DNA from: Vulcanimicrobiota bacterium
GTDB taxonomy: Bacteria; Vulcanimicrobiota; Vulcanimicrobiia; Vulcanimicrobiales; Vulcanimicrobiaceae
Assembly (NCBI GenBank): GCA_963714015.1
Contig: OY970223.1
Coordinates: 448,001-512,000 of the forward strand
Length of the DNA: 64,000 nucleotides
Direction: 5' to 3'
Numbering within the stretch: the first letter of the stretch is position 1; every line of letters begins with the position of its first letter. Positions 1 to 12,714 of the stretch are shown here, piece by piece. Position numbers and translations under genes: made by a program. The notes under the pieces were generated by a model. It was not told the origin of the DNA. It made no database searches and saw only the letters and a program-made list of their open reading frames with translations.

Positions 1-314
1 TCGACAATCGTTAGGAAGGAGAGCCCCGACGTGCGCTCGATGCTCGCCAGTTGGTCCTGCAACGTCTTCGAATCATGAGTCTGCAGACTGTGGCGGAGCG
101 CGTCGGAGACCGCGTCCTGCGAGATCAGCAGACGGATTTGCTCCTTATGCGAATCCCAGTAGCCCGAGAATGCATTCGAGCCGTTCGTCACTTCGGAGCG
201 CCCTTGCGCCATCAAATCGCGCGTAAGCGCGAGGCGGGCGGCTCCTACACTGATGACAAAAAATAGGAAGATCGCTCCGGCGATCGTTCCCAGCAATCGA
301 ACACGCAGGCTCAT
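1..314 (-). CDS. Membrane sensor (N-terminal TM plus extracytoplasmic Cache-like region), 5' part only; runs off window
   Basis: Not in ORF track. ATG at 314 overlaps the MCP stop (ATGA). Own translation: MSLRVRLLGTIAGAIFLFFVISVGAARLALTRDLMAQGRSEVTNGSNAFSGYWDSHKEQIRLL...SGLSFLTIV, open to the window edge. Confidence 0.7.
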   Translation of the reverse strand, partial: MSLRVRLLGTIAGAIFLFFVISVGAARLALTRDLMAQGRSEVTNGSNAFSGYWDSHKEQIRLLISQDAVSDALRHSLQTHDSKTLQDQLASIERTSGLSFLTIV

Positions 315-1975
315 ACGGTTTCTCCCTGGGCGGCTTCATGGACTTTGAATTGCGAGAGCCGGACATCAATGCGGCCGGCAAAATCGTTCATTTGGTTCAC
401 CGACGCCTGCATGCGCTGTGCTGCGTCGGTGACTTCCTTGTTGACGTAAGTGAGCACCTCGACGGACGAGGCGTTCTGTTGCGAGATCTCGGAGATGTTG
501 CGGAACGCGGAGTTTACTTCGGTCGAATGCGACGACATCTGCTGCGTCGCCTGAACGTTGAGTTGAACCGAGCGCGTGATCTCCTCGATCGAGCGGATCA
601 CTTGATAAGAGTTGCTGCTCATCTCCCGCGCGACCGACGAGATCTCCGCAATCTGCTGGTTGGCGCTCAGGACCGCCGTGACGATCTCACGCAGCGCGCC
701 CGAGGCAGAGGTCGTGCTAGTGACGCCTTCTTCCACGCGTTCCGTCAAACGCTCCATGGCACGGACGACTTCATTGATCACGTTCTGGGTGGAGAGAATG
801 TGGCCGGCGATCTCCTTCGTGGCTTGGACGCTGCCGTCGGCCAGTTTGCGGATCTCGGTGGCGACCACCGCAAAACCGCGGCCGTGTTCTCCCGCGCGCG
901 CCGCCTCGATTGCGGCATTGAGCGCGAGCAGGTTCGTCTGTTCGGCGATTCGATCGATCACTTTGACGATGTCGCCGATCTGCTCCGAGTTCGTGCCGAG
1001 CTGCGCGATGTCGCCCGCGAGCTCGCCGATCGTCGAGCGAATCGTATCCATGCCTTCGACGATCGTGTGAATCGCCGATCCGCCCCGCTGCGCGGTTTGA
1101 GAGGTTTCTTGCGAAATCGACGAGAGTGAATCGACCTGAGCCGTAACTTGCTCGATCGACGTTGCCATGTTCGTGACGGCCAGTGAGGTCTCGTCCAAGC
1201 TGCGCGTCTGCTCTTCGGCGGCCGCGGCGATCGCGTTGATGGTCTCAGTTAATTGGTTGATCTTGTTCGTTGCCTGCTCGACGATCCGCGATTGTTCGTT
1301 GATGCCTTCGTCAAGCTGGCCCTGTGCCAGGGAGGCGCCTTCGATGACGGCGAGCGCGGTGGAGGCGGTCGTCTGCAGATCGGAGCCGGCGGTTCCCAGA
1401 TTGTCCGCGTTCGCGTGCAGATTGCTCAAAAACTCGCGCATCCCGAAGATGAGTTTGTTGATGGCGATCGCCAGTTCGGTGAGCGTCCCGTCCGAGACGG
1501 CTAAATTCTTTGTAAAGTCACCCTGCGAGACTTCACGGACGCCCGAGGCCAGCGCCGAAATCGAACCTTGGAGCGCTTCGCTTCGCGGCAGTGCGGTGCG
1601 GCTGCGCCCGAAGAGCACCGGGAACGCCTCTTCAATCGACGAGCCGATAGGCACGATTTCGCCGGAGAAGAGCAAGCTGATGAGCGCGCCGGTAACCGCA
1701 AGAGCGATACTGGAACCCGCAGTGCCGTGAAGATGATGACCGGCGCGGGATGTGTAGTCCGCGGCGGCTGCCGACACCGCGAGCACGACCCCAATCGGCG
1801 TTCCGACCAGCGCAGCCGTGAGAGCAACGATTCCGAGAACGAGCAGTTCATAGCCCGCAAACGAGCTGCCGTACCAGCAGAGCGAGCCGCAAAGCAGCAC
1901 GGCCGCAGCAGCGATTGCGATTCGCGGCAGAGTGGCCAGCCGGGCGCGCCAGGCAACAAGTCGAGTCTGGATCAC
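311..1975 (-). CDS. Methyl-accepting chemotaxis protein
   Basis: Signalling hairpin IAEQTNLLALNAAIEAARAGEHGRGFAVVATEIRKLA, HAMP-like segment, about 4 N-terminal hydrophobic helices. GTG start at 1975 chosen after GAGG. Confidence 0.93.
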   Translation of the reverse strand: MIQTRLVAWRARLATLPRIAIAAAAVLLCGSLCWYGSSFAGYELLVLGIVALTAALVGTPIGVVLAVSAAAADYTSRAGHHLHGTAGSSIALAVTGALISLLFSGEIVPIGSSIEEAFPVLFGRSRTALPRSEALQGSISALASGVREVSQGDFTKNLAVSDGTLTELAIAINKLIFGMREFLSNLHANADNLGTAGSDLQTTASTALAVIEGASLAQGQLDEGINEQSRIVEQATNKINQLTETINAIAAAAEEQTRSLDETSLAVTNMATSIEQVTAQVDSLSSISQETSQTAQRGGSAIHTIVEGMDTIRSTIGELAGDIAQLGTNSEQIGDIVKVIDRIAEQTNLLALNAAIEAARAGEHGRGFAVVATEIRKLADGSVQATKEIAGHILSTQNVINEVVRAMERLTERVEEGVTSTTSASGALREIVTAVLSANQQIAEISSVAREMSSNSYQVIRSIEEITRSVQLNVQATQQMSSHSTEVNSAFRNISEISQQNASSVEVLTYVNKEVTDAAQRMQASVNQMNDFAGRIDVRLSQFKVHEAAQGETV

Positions 1976-2042
1976 GTGCACCTCTAGTTGTGGCGGGACC
2001 AAAGAGCGCACACAGGCGCTCCGAAAAGACCCACTATCCGAG

Positions 2043-2070
2043 ATTACGGCGCAACGGGGTATTTTTTTTA
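2043..2070 (-). promoter_or_regulatory. Putative sigma28 (FliA/SigD) promoter
   Basis: TAAA-N16-GCCGTAAT upstream of the MCP gene; resembles TAAA-N15/16-GCCGATAA. Confidence 0.5.
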
Positions 2071-2131
2071 GTTTGGCGGGCTCGAACCAAGGCGAGGAGG
2101 GCAAGCAAGCGCTTGTTGCAGGAGGAGTGTC

Positions 2132-2665
2132 CTAGTTACGGGCGCGGCTACGCTTCTCGCAAATCTCGCAAAAATGCGACATTTTGTTGTCCGTCTCGAA
2201 GATCGAGTTGGAATAATACATCGCGCAGCGCGCATTGAAGCAGTGCTTCAGTCCGGAGGCGTGTCCTAGTTCGTGCACGCACTCTTTGAGCGTGCGCTGG
2301 AACAGCACGTTCTCGTCCGGGTCCTCGCCGTAAAATTCGCTGCGAAGCCGGTGAACGGAGACGACTGCGATACGCCGCTGTTCATCGGCGTCCCCGAAAA
2401 TATAGCGTTGTGACGTTTTATAGAGATCGAAATCTGTGACGGCAAGCAGAAACCCGTCACCGTCGGGATACTGCCGGAATACCTTGTTCGTGAGCGTCGA
2501 AAGAAACATCTGGCGGCGCGAACTGTTGACCGCGTTTTGCGGAACCGCGACGTGGCGCTCGACGAAGATCCGATATAAGAACCGCTCTTCCAAGCAGAGC
2601 GCTAAACGCGAAAGAAATGCCGGCTCAATAGTGTTGATCGGTACGATCCGCAGTTGGCTGTCCAT
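2132..2665 (-). CDS. Archaemetzincin family Zn metalloprotease (M54)
   Basis: HELGHASGLKHC zinc motif followed by C-x-M...S...D-x-K...FC-x-x-C. Confidence 0.9.
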   Translation of the reverse strand: MDSQLRIVPINTIEPAFLSRLALCLEERFLYRIFVERHVAVPQNAVNSSRRQMFLSTLTNKVFRQYPDGDGFLLAVTDFDLYKTSQRYIFGDADEQRRIAVVSVHRLRSEFYGEDPDENVLFQRTLKECVHELGHASGLKHCFNARCAMYYSNSIFETDNKMSHFCEICEKRSRARN

Positions 2666-2707
2666 CCTTGGGCGGTCTCTTTCGACGCGGCCGCGAACAC
2701 GCCCCGC

Positions 2708-3073
2708 ATGGTCGTCGGCATCGGAATCGATCTGGCCGAGGTGGAACGCTATCGCTTCAGTGACGCCGAGCTGGCGTGGTTCGCTCGCAAGGTCTATACC
2801 GAAGAAGAAATGGCCTACGCCGCTCGCAAGCGCAACCGCGCAGAGCGCTATGCCGGATTCTTTGCCGCTAAGGAAGCCGCCCGAAAGGCTTTCGGTCACG
2901 CGATTCCCTGGAGGCTCGTGGGCGTCTCGCACGCTCCAAGCGGCAAACCGCTCATCAAGCTTTACGGCGATGCGGCTGATTTGTTGGAGAAACGCGGCGT
3001 AACGGTTGTCCACCTGACGATAACGCACACCGCTACGACGGCGGCCGCGGTCGTGATCCTGGAGAGAAATTGA
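2708..3073 (+). CDS. acpS: Holo-[acyl-carrier-protein] synthase
   Basis: GIGIDLAEVER, FAAKEAARKA, SGKP, LTITHT motifs. Confidence 0.93.
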   Translation: MVVGIGIDLAEVERYRFSDAELAWFARKVYTEEEMAYAARKRNRAERYAGFFAAKEAARKAFGHAIPWRLVGVSHAPSGKPLIKLYGDAADLLEKRGVTVVHLTITHTATTAAAVVILERN

Positions 3074-4589
3074 GTTCAGTCTTTACACCGGCGCAGATGC
3101 GCGCCGCCGATGCCCAGGCCTGCGCAGAAGTAGGCGACGTCGCGCTGATGCGAGCCGCCGGCGAGTGCATCGCGCAAGTCGCGAAGCAGTACGCGCGGGA
3201 GCCGACCGCCGTCGCGTTCGCCGGCGCGGGAAACAACGGCGGCGACGCTTTTGCCGCAATGGCGTGTATGGACGGATTCCAACGAACGATCTATGCCCAG
3301 GAAGCGAAAACTCCGTCCGATGCGCGCGCGGATGCGGAGCGCCGGGCTCTGGAGAGCGGTGTGCGCCTGATGCCGTTTCCGCAGACGAAGCAAGAAGCGT
3401 TGCAGGCAATGCACGGCGCCGGCATCGTGATTGCCGGATTAGTCGGTACCGGCGCACGGCTGCCCTTGGATCCGCTTCACGCGAACGTCGTTGAAGCCGC
3501 GAACCCGTCGGGTGTGTCCGTTCTAGCCATAGATATACCGCCCGGAATCGATGCCGAGCTCGGCAGGATTGTCGAGCCCGCTCTTCGCCCTACGGTCACG
3601 GTAACGCTCGGCGCGCTCAAAATCGGCCTGCTGCTCGCGCCCGCACGATCGTATGTAGGCGATCTTTGGTTAGCCGATATCGAAATGCCGGCGGAAACAA
3701 TCGAGGGACAGCATTCCGGCATCCAGGCGCTGAACGACGCCGAGTTTCTCGCGCTGCTTCCCCGGCGCGAGCAGGCATCGGATAAACGCAGTGCCGGCGC
3801 ACCGCTCATTGTCGCGGGCTCGCAGCAGTTTCCCGGCGCGGCGATCCTCTGCGCGATGGGCGCGGCGCGAGCCGGTGCCGGCTACGTAACGGTGGCAACG
3901 CCGAAAGCGGCTGCACCGGCGCTCAGAACGCATCTCATCGAGCAAGTCGTCGTCGAGATCGAACCGGACGGCGACGCCGATCGAACGGTTTCGGATTTGC
4001 TCGAGCTGGCCAAGCGCAGCTCTTCCGTCGGACTGGGCCCCGGTCTTGGCTTGGACGATCGGACGGGCGAGATCGTTCGCGAGTTTTGTCGCCGTGTCGA
4101 TCTTCCGCTCGTCGTCGATGCGAGCGGGCTCTTCCACTTTGCGAAACATCTCGAGATTCTGCGCGACAAGAAAGCCGTGCTGACGCCGCACGCCGGAGAG
4201 TTCGCGCGCCTGTCGGGCAAGGGCACCGTACGCGAAGAAGATCGGATTGCGCGGCTGAGGGAATTCGTCGACCGCACCGGCGTGACGACGCTGCTCAAAG
4301 GACAGACGACGCTGGTGTATGACGGTACCACGCTGCATGTGAACACGACCGGATCTTCCGCGCTTGCCACAGCCGGGACGGGCGACGTGTTGACGGGACT
4401 AATCTCCACGCTGCTGGCGCAGGGTCTTCATCCTGTAGATGCGGCGCGAGCCGGTGCGTACTGGCACGGCTTGGCGGGAAAACACGCGCAAAAGGATCGC
4501 GCCCGTGGGGTCATAGCGCGCGACGTTTACGAATCCTTGGCGGCGGCTCTTCCTGCAGCAGCAAAGCCCGAGCGCTTGACGCGCGTCTT

Positions 4590-4593
<4 letters not shown>
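3070..4593 (+). CDS. nnr: Bifunctional NAD(P)HX epimerase/dehydratase (YjeF)
   Basis: GAGNNGGD, DIPPG, GPGLG, LTPHAGEF, ATAGTGDVLTG motifs. Confidence 0.92.
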
Positions 4594-7353
<2,760 letters not shown>

Positions 7354-7362
7354 CAGCTCGGG

Positions 7363-10300
7363 CTAAGCTTCTACGGGAACGCGCCCACCCTTCGCGAGAT
7401 CGTCCAAAACGCGAAGATTCTCGCGCTCGAGTTCATCGACCGATCGCGAATCCGCGTGGCGATGACCCACTGCCCGTTCGTCCGAAAGAACCGGTCCGAG
7501 GTATTGACCGGTATACGACTGCTCGTTGAGCGCAAGCTCCTCGGGCGTTCCGGCTCCCACGACTGTTCCTCCCCGATCTCCGCCTTCGGGGCCGAGATCG
7601 ATGAGATAGTCCGCCGTTTTGATGACGTCGAGATTGTGCTCGATCACCAGCACCGTGTTTCCGCTTTGAACCAGGCGCTGCAGCACTTCCAGCAGCTTGT
7701 GAATGTCGGCAAAGTGCAACCCTGTCGTCGGCTCGTCCAGAACGTAGAACGTGCGGCCCGTGGAACGGCGGGAAAGCTCGGTCGCGAGCTTTACGCGCTG
7801 GGCCTCGCCGCCCGAAAGCGTGGTCGCCGGCTGCCCCATTTTGATGTAGCCCAGACCCACGTCGCAGATCGTCCGCAACTTGTTGTGAATGCGCGGAATT
7901 GCCGAGAAAAATTCGTTCGCTTCGTCTACGCGCATCTCCAGCACGTCGGAGATCGTCTTGCCTTTATACTTGACCTCGAGCGTCTGCGCGTTGTAGCGCT
8001 TGCCTTTGCAGACTTCGCACGGCACGTAGACGTCGGGCAAAAAGTGCATCTCGATCTTGATGATTCCGTCACCCTGGCACGCTTCGCAGCGGCCGCCTTT
8101 GACGTTGAACGAGAAGCGGCCCGGCGTGTATCCGCGTATCTTTGCATCGGGAACCAGCGAGAAAAGTTCGCGGATCAAATCGAACGCGCCGGTGTACGTC
8201 GCGGGGTTACTTCGCGGCGTGCGGCCGATGGGGGATTGGTCGATAACGACCATCTTGTCGAGCTGTTCGACGCCCTTGACGCTGCCGTACGTGCCGCTTG
8301 CCGGATGGCCATGCAGATGCTGGTTGAGCGCCTTGTTCAAAACCTCGTTGACGAGTGTGGACTTCCCGCTGCCGCTCACGCCCGTAACGCAGGCAAAGAC
8401 GCCGATCGGAAAGTCGACGTCGACGCCCGTGAGGTTGTTGGCCTTGGCGCCTTTGACGCGCAGCCAGCCGCGCGGTTCGCGGCGGCGCTTCGGAATCGGA
8501 ATGAATTTGCGGCCCGAAATATATGCGCCGGTCTCAGAGTTGGGATGCGCTACAACGGCGTCGAGATCGCCCACCGTCAAGATTTCGCCGCCCTCGGCGC
8601 CTGCACCGGGACCGATGTCGACGATAATGTCCGCCGTGCGAATCGTGTCCTCGTCGTGTTCGACGACGATCAGCGTGTTGCCGATATCACGCAGCGTGCG
8701 CAGCGTCGCCAGCAGGCGGTCGTTATCCCGCTGATGCAGTCCGATGGATGGTTCGTCGAGGATATACAGCACGCCGACGAGCGAACTGCCTATCTGCGTC
8801 GCGAGGCGGATGCGTTGGGATTCGCCTCCGGAGAGCGTGGTCGCGGAGCGCCCGAGCGTCAGGTAATTCAGCCCCACGTTCGTCAAGAATCCCAAGCGTC
8901 CACGAATTTCCTTGAGCACCTGATGCGCGATCTGCTCTTCGCGCTCGTTCGTCTTGAATTCGCGGAAAAACCGTTCGCACTGCTCGATCGACATCCGCGT
9001 TACGGCGTCGATGTTCGCGCCGCCGATCGTTACCGCCAACGCTTCAGGCTTCAGTCTGGCGCCCTTGCACTGCGGACACGTGGACGCCGACATGTATTTT
9101 TCGATGTCTTCTTTGACGTAGTCGCTCGACGTTTCGCTATGCCGGCGCTGAAGATTGTTGACGACGCCCTCAAACGTGGAGCGGTACTCCCAAACCGAGC
9201 CCGAGCGCGATTCGTAAGAGAAATTTTGCTCGCGATCGGTACCGTACAGAATGACCTCCAGGACTTCGTCCGAGAGCCTCTCCACCGGAGTCGAGGTCTT
9301 CACGCGGTACTTGCGCAGCACGCGCTCGAGTTGCTGCATGTAGTAGGGATTCATCGAAGGGAACCGTCCGCCGCCGACGGACTTGCTCCACGGCACGATG
9401 GCGCCTTCGGCGATCGACTTGCTGCGATCCGGAATGACCTTCCACGGGTCGATCTCGATTTTCTCGCCCAAACCGCTGCAGCCCGGACAAGCGCCGTACG
9501 GTGAGTTGAAGGAGAACAATCGCGGCGCCAGCTCTTCGAAAGAAAGCCCGCAATGCACGCACGCGAACGCCTCGCTGAAGGTCAGCTCGCCCGGCTGTCC
9601 CGAGCCGCTCGAAGCGTCCAGAAGCGCCGTGGCGATTCCGGAAGACAAACGCAGCGTCGTCTCCACGGAGTCAGTCAATCGTTTGCGGATGTCGGGCTTC
9701 ATGACGAGCCGATCGACGATGACCTCGATCGTGTGCTTGCGCTTCTTATCCAGGACGATTTTCTCGCGCAGCTCTTTCGTTTCGCCGTCGACGCGCACGC
9801 GCGAAAAGCCCTCCTTTGCGACCTCCTCGAAGAGCTTCGTATACTCGCCTTTGCGTCCGCGCACGAGCGGCGCGAGCAATTGGATGCGGGAACCTTCGGG
9901 CAATTCCATGATCGAATCGACGATCTGCTCGCTGCTCTGCGAACTAATTTCGCGGCCGCAGTTGTAGCAGTGCGGAATGCCGATGCGGGCGAACAGCAAG
10001 CGCAGATAGTCGTAAATCTCGGTGACCGTTCCGACCGTCGAGCGCGGATTGCGGGACGTCGACTTCTGGTCGATCGAGATTGCCGGGGAGAGGCCCTCGA
10101 TGTAATCGACGTCGGGCTTCTCCATCTGGCCGAGGAATTGGCGCGCGTACGAAGAGAGCGACTCGACGTAGCGGCGCTGACCCTCAGCGTAGATTGTGTC
10201 GAAGGCCAGTGACGACTTGCCCGAGCCGGAGAGTCCGGTAATGACTGCCAGACGGTTTCGCGGCAGCACGAGGTCGACGTTCTTGAGATTGTGCTCGCGC

Positions 10301-10386
10301 GCGCCCTTGATCACAATGGAGTCAAGCCCGCGGGGCTTGGCTCCATTCTCATGAGCTTGGCGAAGCGGCGTGGAAGTATCTGGCAT
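7363..10386 (-). CDS. uvrA: Excinuclease ABC subunit A
   Basis: GAREHNLKN, two Walker A motifs ([18 protein letters not shown]), LSGGE signatures, zinc fingers. Confidence 0.98.
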   Translation of the reverse strand: MPDTSTPLRQAHENGAKPRGLDSIVIKGAREHNLKNVDLVLPRNRLAVITGLSGSGKSSLAFDTIYAEGQRRYVESLSSYARQFLGQMEKPDVDYIEGLSPAISIDQKSTSRNPRSTVGTVTEIYDYLRLLFARIGIPHCYNCGREISSQSSEQIVDSIMELPEGSRIQLLAPLVRGRKGEYTKLFEEVAKEGFSRVRVDGETKELREKIVLDKKRKHTIEVIVDRLVMKPDIRKRLTDSVETTLRLSSGIATALLDASSGSGQPGELTFSEAFACVHCGLSFEELAPRLFSFNSPYGACPGCSGLGEKIEIDPWKVIPDRSKSIAEGAIVPWSKSVGGGRFPSMNPYYMQQLERVLRKYRVKTSTPVERLSDEVLEVILYGTDREQNFSYESRSGSVWEYRSTFEGVVNNLQRRHSETSSDYVKEDIEKYMSASTCPQCKGARLKPEALAVTIGGANIDAVTRMSIEQCERFFREFKTNEREEQIAHQVLKEIRGRLGFLTNVGLNYLTLGRSATTLSGGESQRIRLATQIGSSLVGVLYILDEPSIGLHQRDNDRLLATLRTLRDIGNTLIVVEHDEDTIRTADIIVDIGPGAGAEGGEILTVGDLDAVVAHPNSETGAYISGRKFIPIPKRRREPRGWLRVKGAKANNLTGVDVDFPIGVFACVTGVSGSGKSTLVNEVLNKALNQHLHGHPASGTYGSVKGVEQLDKMVVIDQSPIGRTPRSNPATYTGAFDLIRELFSLVPDAKIRGYTPGRFSFNVKGGRCEACQGDGIIKIEMHFLPDVYVPCEVCKGKRYNAQTLEVKYKGKTISDVLEMRVDEANEFFSAIPRIHNKLRTICDVGLGYIKMGQPATTLSGGEAQRVKLATELSRRSTGRTFYVLDEPTTGLHFADIHKLLEVLQRLVQSGNTVLVIEHNLDVIKTADYLIDLGPEGGDRGGTVVGAGTPEELALNEQSYTGQYLGPVLSDERAVGHRHADSRSVDELERENLRVLDDLAKGGRVPVEA

Positions 10387-10452
10387 GCCTAGTCGTTCAA
10401 CACAGGGCCGCCTTCAAATGTTTCAGCGAGCCCTTGCCGGCAGGTTGAAACG

Positions 10453-11229
10453 CTAGGCGGGCGGCGCAGGCGGCGGAGCGGTCGGCGGCGCTCCAACGGC
10501 TACCGCCTGTACGCCTGCGCGCAACTTGAGGTACTCTCCGACGACGACGAGCGTCGCGTACGCGGCCACGGCCTGCGTGATGATCTGCCGAATGAGCGCA
10601 CCGATTAGCGGTATGCCGTTGAAGAGGCCCGAGATCCACGTCGCGATGATGAACGCGATCGCAAGAAGTACGACGATGGCCAGCGTCGCAACGAAGTTCT
10701 TGGCCGTGATGCGCGCCGATTCACTCAGTCCGTCCGTCGCGCTGTGATTACCAACGATTACGCTGGGAAGCGCGTAAAGAAAGAAAAGATAAAATGCGAG
10801 CAGCGCGAGTCCCAACGTCGGAATGGAAAGCGCAACGGCAACGGCTCCGAGCAAGAACAGCAAGACGACCGCTATCATGACTTGAGCGCCGTCGATGTTG
10901 AATGCGGCTGCGCCGTCGGCCAGCGTTGCCGTGCCCGTGCGCCAGGCCGCCCCCGCCATTCCGGTCGTGTACGCGATAACGAGGATGGTCGCGACCATCG
11001 CGACGATACCGATGATAAATGCACTCAGAAATGCGGATGCGAGGCCGGCGCCCGGCAAGCCCGCCGATGCGAGCGTCGTGCCCGTGGCAATCCCGAAGAG
11101 ACCCAGGATGCCGACGACCACGGCCGCTACGATGCCGATGACGATGCCGGGAACGATGATAATCCAGTTCCGGCTGAGGAGTTCCCAAGAATGGGAGAAC
11201 GTGTTGCCCAAGTCTTCCGAGGATTGCAT
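10453..11229 (-). CDS. Uncharacterised polytopic membrane protein (paralog A)
   Basis: About 6 hydrophobic helices, Pro-rich tail; GGAGG upstream; shares TTGMAGAAW, LPSVIVG and YATLVVVGEYLKL with neighbour. Confidence 0.8.
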   Translation of the reverse strand: MQSSEDLGNTFSHSWELLSRNWIIIVPGIVIGIVAAVVVGILGLFGIATGTTLASAGLPGAGLASAFLSAFIIGIVAMVATILVIAYTTGMAGAAWRTGTATLADGAAAFNIDGAQVMIAVVLLFLLGAVAVALSIPTLGLALLAFYLFFLYALPSVIVGNHSATDGLSESARITAKNFVATLAIVVLLAIAFIIATWISGLFNGIPLIGALIRQIITQAVAAYATLVVVGEYLKLRAGVQAVAVGAPPTAPPPAPPA

Positions 11230-11293
11230 GAGGATCAACCTCCAAGCTTTGGAAGGGCCTTGTTTTCAGGTTCTTAAGGTTCGGAGCGGTTCG

Positions 11294-12007
11294 TTACGGC
11301 GCCTGGTCGACCGGCGCCAGTTTGAGGTACTCCCCCACCACGAGCAGCGTCGCGTACGCCACGACGGCCTCCATGACGACCCATTGCACCGCCTCTCCCA
11401 CTCCCGAAACGGGCCCGGCAAAGCCGCCGGCCAATCCGCCCAGCACGGAGAGGATCACGATCAGGACTACGGCGCAGAACGTTACGGCGAAATTTCGAGC
11501 GGCAATGCGGATCGATTCGACGATGCCGTCAACGGGGGAACGTCCGCCCACGATTACCGACGGCATCGTGTAGAGCACGAACGTCGCGTAAAGCAGAACC
11601 GAGATGCCGAAGGTCGGCACAGCCAGGACCGCCGCCGCCAGGCCGATCAGAAACAGCAAGAGCAGCGCGCCGGTCGCGCGGAGGCCACTCCGGCGAAAGG
11701 CACTTACCCCGTCCGAGATGCTCGCCGTGCCGTGCGTCCACGCTGCGCCGGCCATTCCGGTCGTGAATGCGATGACGATCAACGCCCCTAGGATCCGCAC
11801 GCCGAAAGCCACGATCGTTTCGAAGAAGAGCCAAAACCCGTGCGGCCCTTGCGCGTCGAGATCGCCGAAGAACTGCCACGAGGAATCTCCCGAAGCGGCA
11901 AGCGTGTAGGAAATTGCCGCGCCGGCAAGCGCGACGGCAAGGGAGGGCACCACGATAATCGCGTTCTTGCGCAGCAGATCGAAGGCGCTCCCGAAAATTT
12001 CGCTCAT
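11294..12007 (-). CDS. Uncharacterised polytopic membrane protein (paralog B)
   Basis: ATG overlaps HAD stop; TTGMAGAAW, MPSVIVG, YATLLVVGEYLKL. Confidence 0.8.
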   Translation of the reverse strand: MSEIFGSAFDLLRKNAIIVVPSLAVALAGAAISYTLAASGDSSWQFFGDLDAQGPHGFWLFFETIVAFGVRILGALIVIAFTTGMAGAAWTHGTASISDGVSAFRRSGLRATGALLLLFLIGLAAAVLAVPTFGISVLLYATFVLYTMPSVIVGGRSPVDGIVESIRIAARNFAVTFCAVVLIVILSVLGGLAGGFAGPVSGVGEAVQWVVMEAVVAYATLLVVGEYLKLAPVDQAP

Positions 12008-12714
12008 CGCAGATGCGCGGCCGCTTCGGTAATATTCTTGACGGTTGCGTCGGGCGGCGGAGCGCCTTGCGGCACGCGCTCGCCGCGCACGTTCACCCAA
12101 ACGGTGTACAGCCCCGCCTCCAGTGCGCCTGCGATGTCGCGGTCGTACCGGTCGCCGACCATCGCGCTGTTCGCGGGCGATGTCTGTAACTTCCGGCAAG
12201 CGTGCGAGAAGAGCAGCGGATCCGGTTTGATCATGCCGACCTCGTCCGCCAAAAAAATCGCGTCGAAATACTGAGCGATCTGCAGCAACGCAATCTTCTC
12301 GTGATGCGTTTCGGATATGCCGTTGGTCAGAATCCCGAGCTTTTTCCCTTGCGCCTTCAAATCACGGAGCAGATCGATTGCTCCCGGATAAGGCGAGAAG
12401 TACTTCTTGCGGTAGTCGTTATAATTGGTCGCACTGCGTTCGGCGAGCGCCGCGTCCTCCAACCCGACCGCCGTCAATGCGTTGCTCCACATCGTCGCGC
12501 GCAGCCGCGAGAGCTTCGTCTTCACCTGGTCCGCGGTGAGCCGCTGCCAAAAGCCTTCGGCCTCGGCGACGTACGCTTCTTTCAGGGCCAGGGCATCGAT
12601 ACCGTGCTCGGCTGCAACTTCGCGAGCGACCTCTTCGGCTGCGCTCGTGAACGCGAGCGTATCGTCGTGCAGCGTGTCGTCCAAATCGAACAGGACGGCG
12701 CGAATGTCACGCAT
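12004..12714 (-). CDS. HAD-superfamily hydrolase (YjjG/YigB-like)
   Basis: FDLDDTL motif I, TNG motif II, KPD, VGDRYDRDI motif IV. Confidence 0.9.
   Translation of the reverse strand: MRDIRAVLFDLDDTLHDDTLAFTSAAEEVAREVAAEHGIDALALKEAYVAEAEGFWQRLTADQVKTKLSRLRATMWSNALTAVGLEDAALAERSATNYNDYRKKYFSPYPGAIDLLRDLKAQGKKLGILTNGISETHHEKIALLQIAQYFDAIFLADEVGMIKPDPLLFSHACRKLQTSPANSAMVGDRYDRDIAGALEAGLYTVWVNVRGERVPQGAPPPDATVKNITEAAAHLR

Noticed and set aside
1980..2042. c-di-GMP riboswitch in the MCP leader
   Set aside because: One short hairpin (GAGCGC/GCGCTC) only; GEMM motif elements absent
11269..11292. GTTC repeats as an alphaproteobacterial-type LexA box
   Set aside because: Spacers are N5 and N6 rather than N7, and the site is not directly upstream of uvrA
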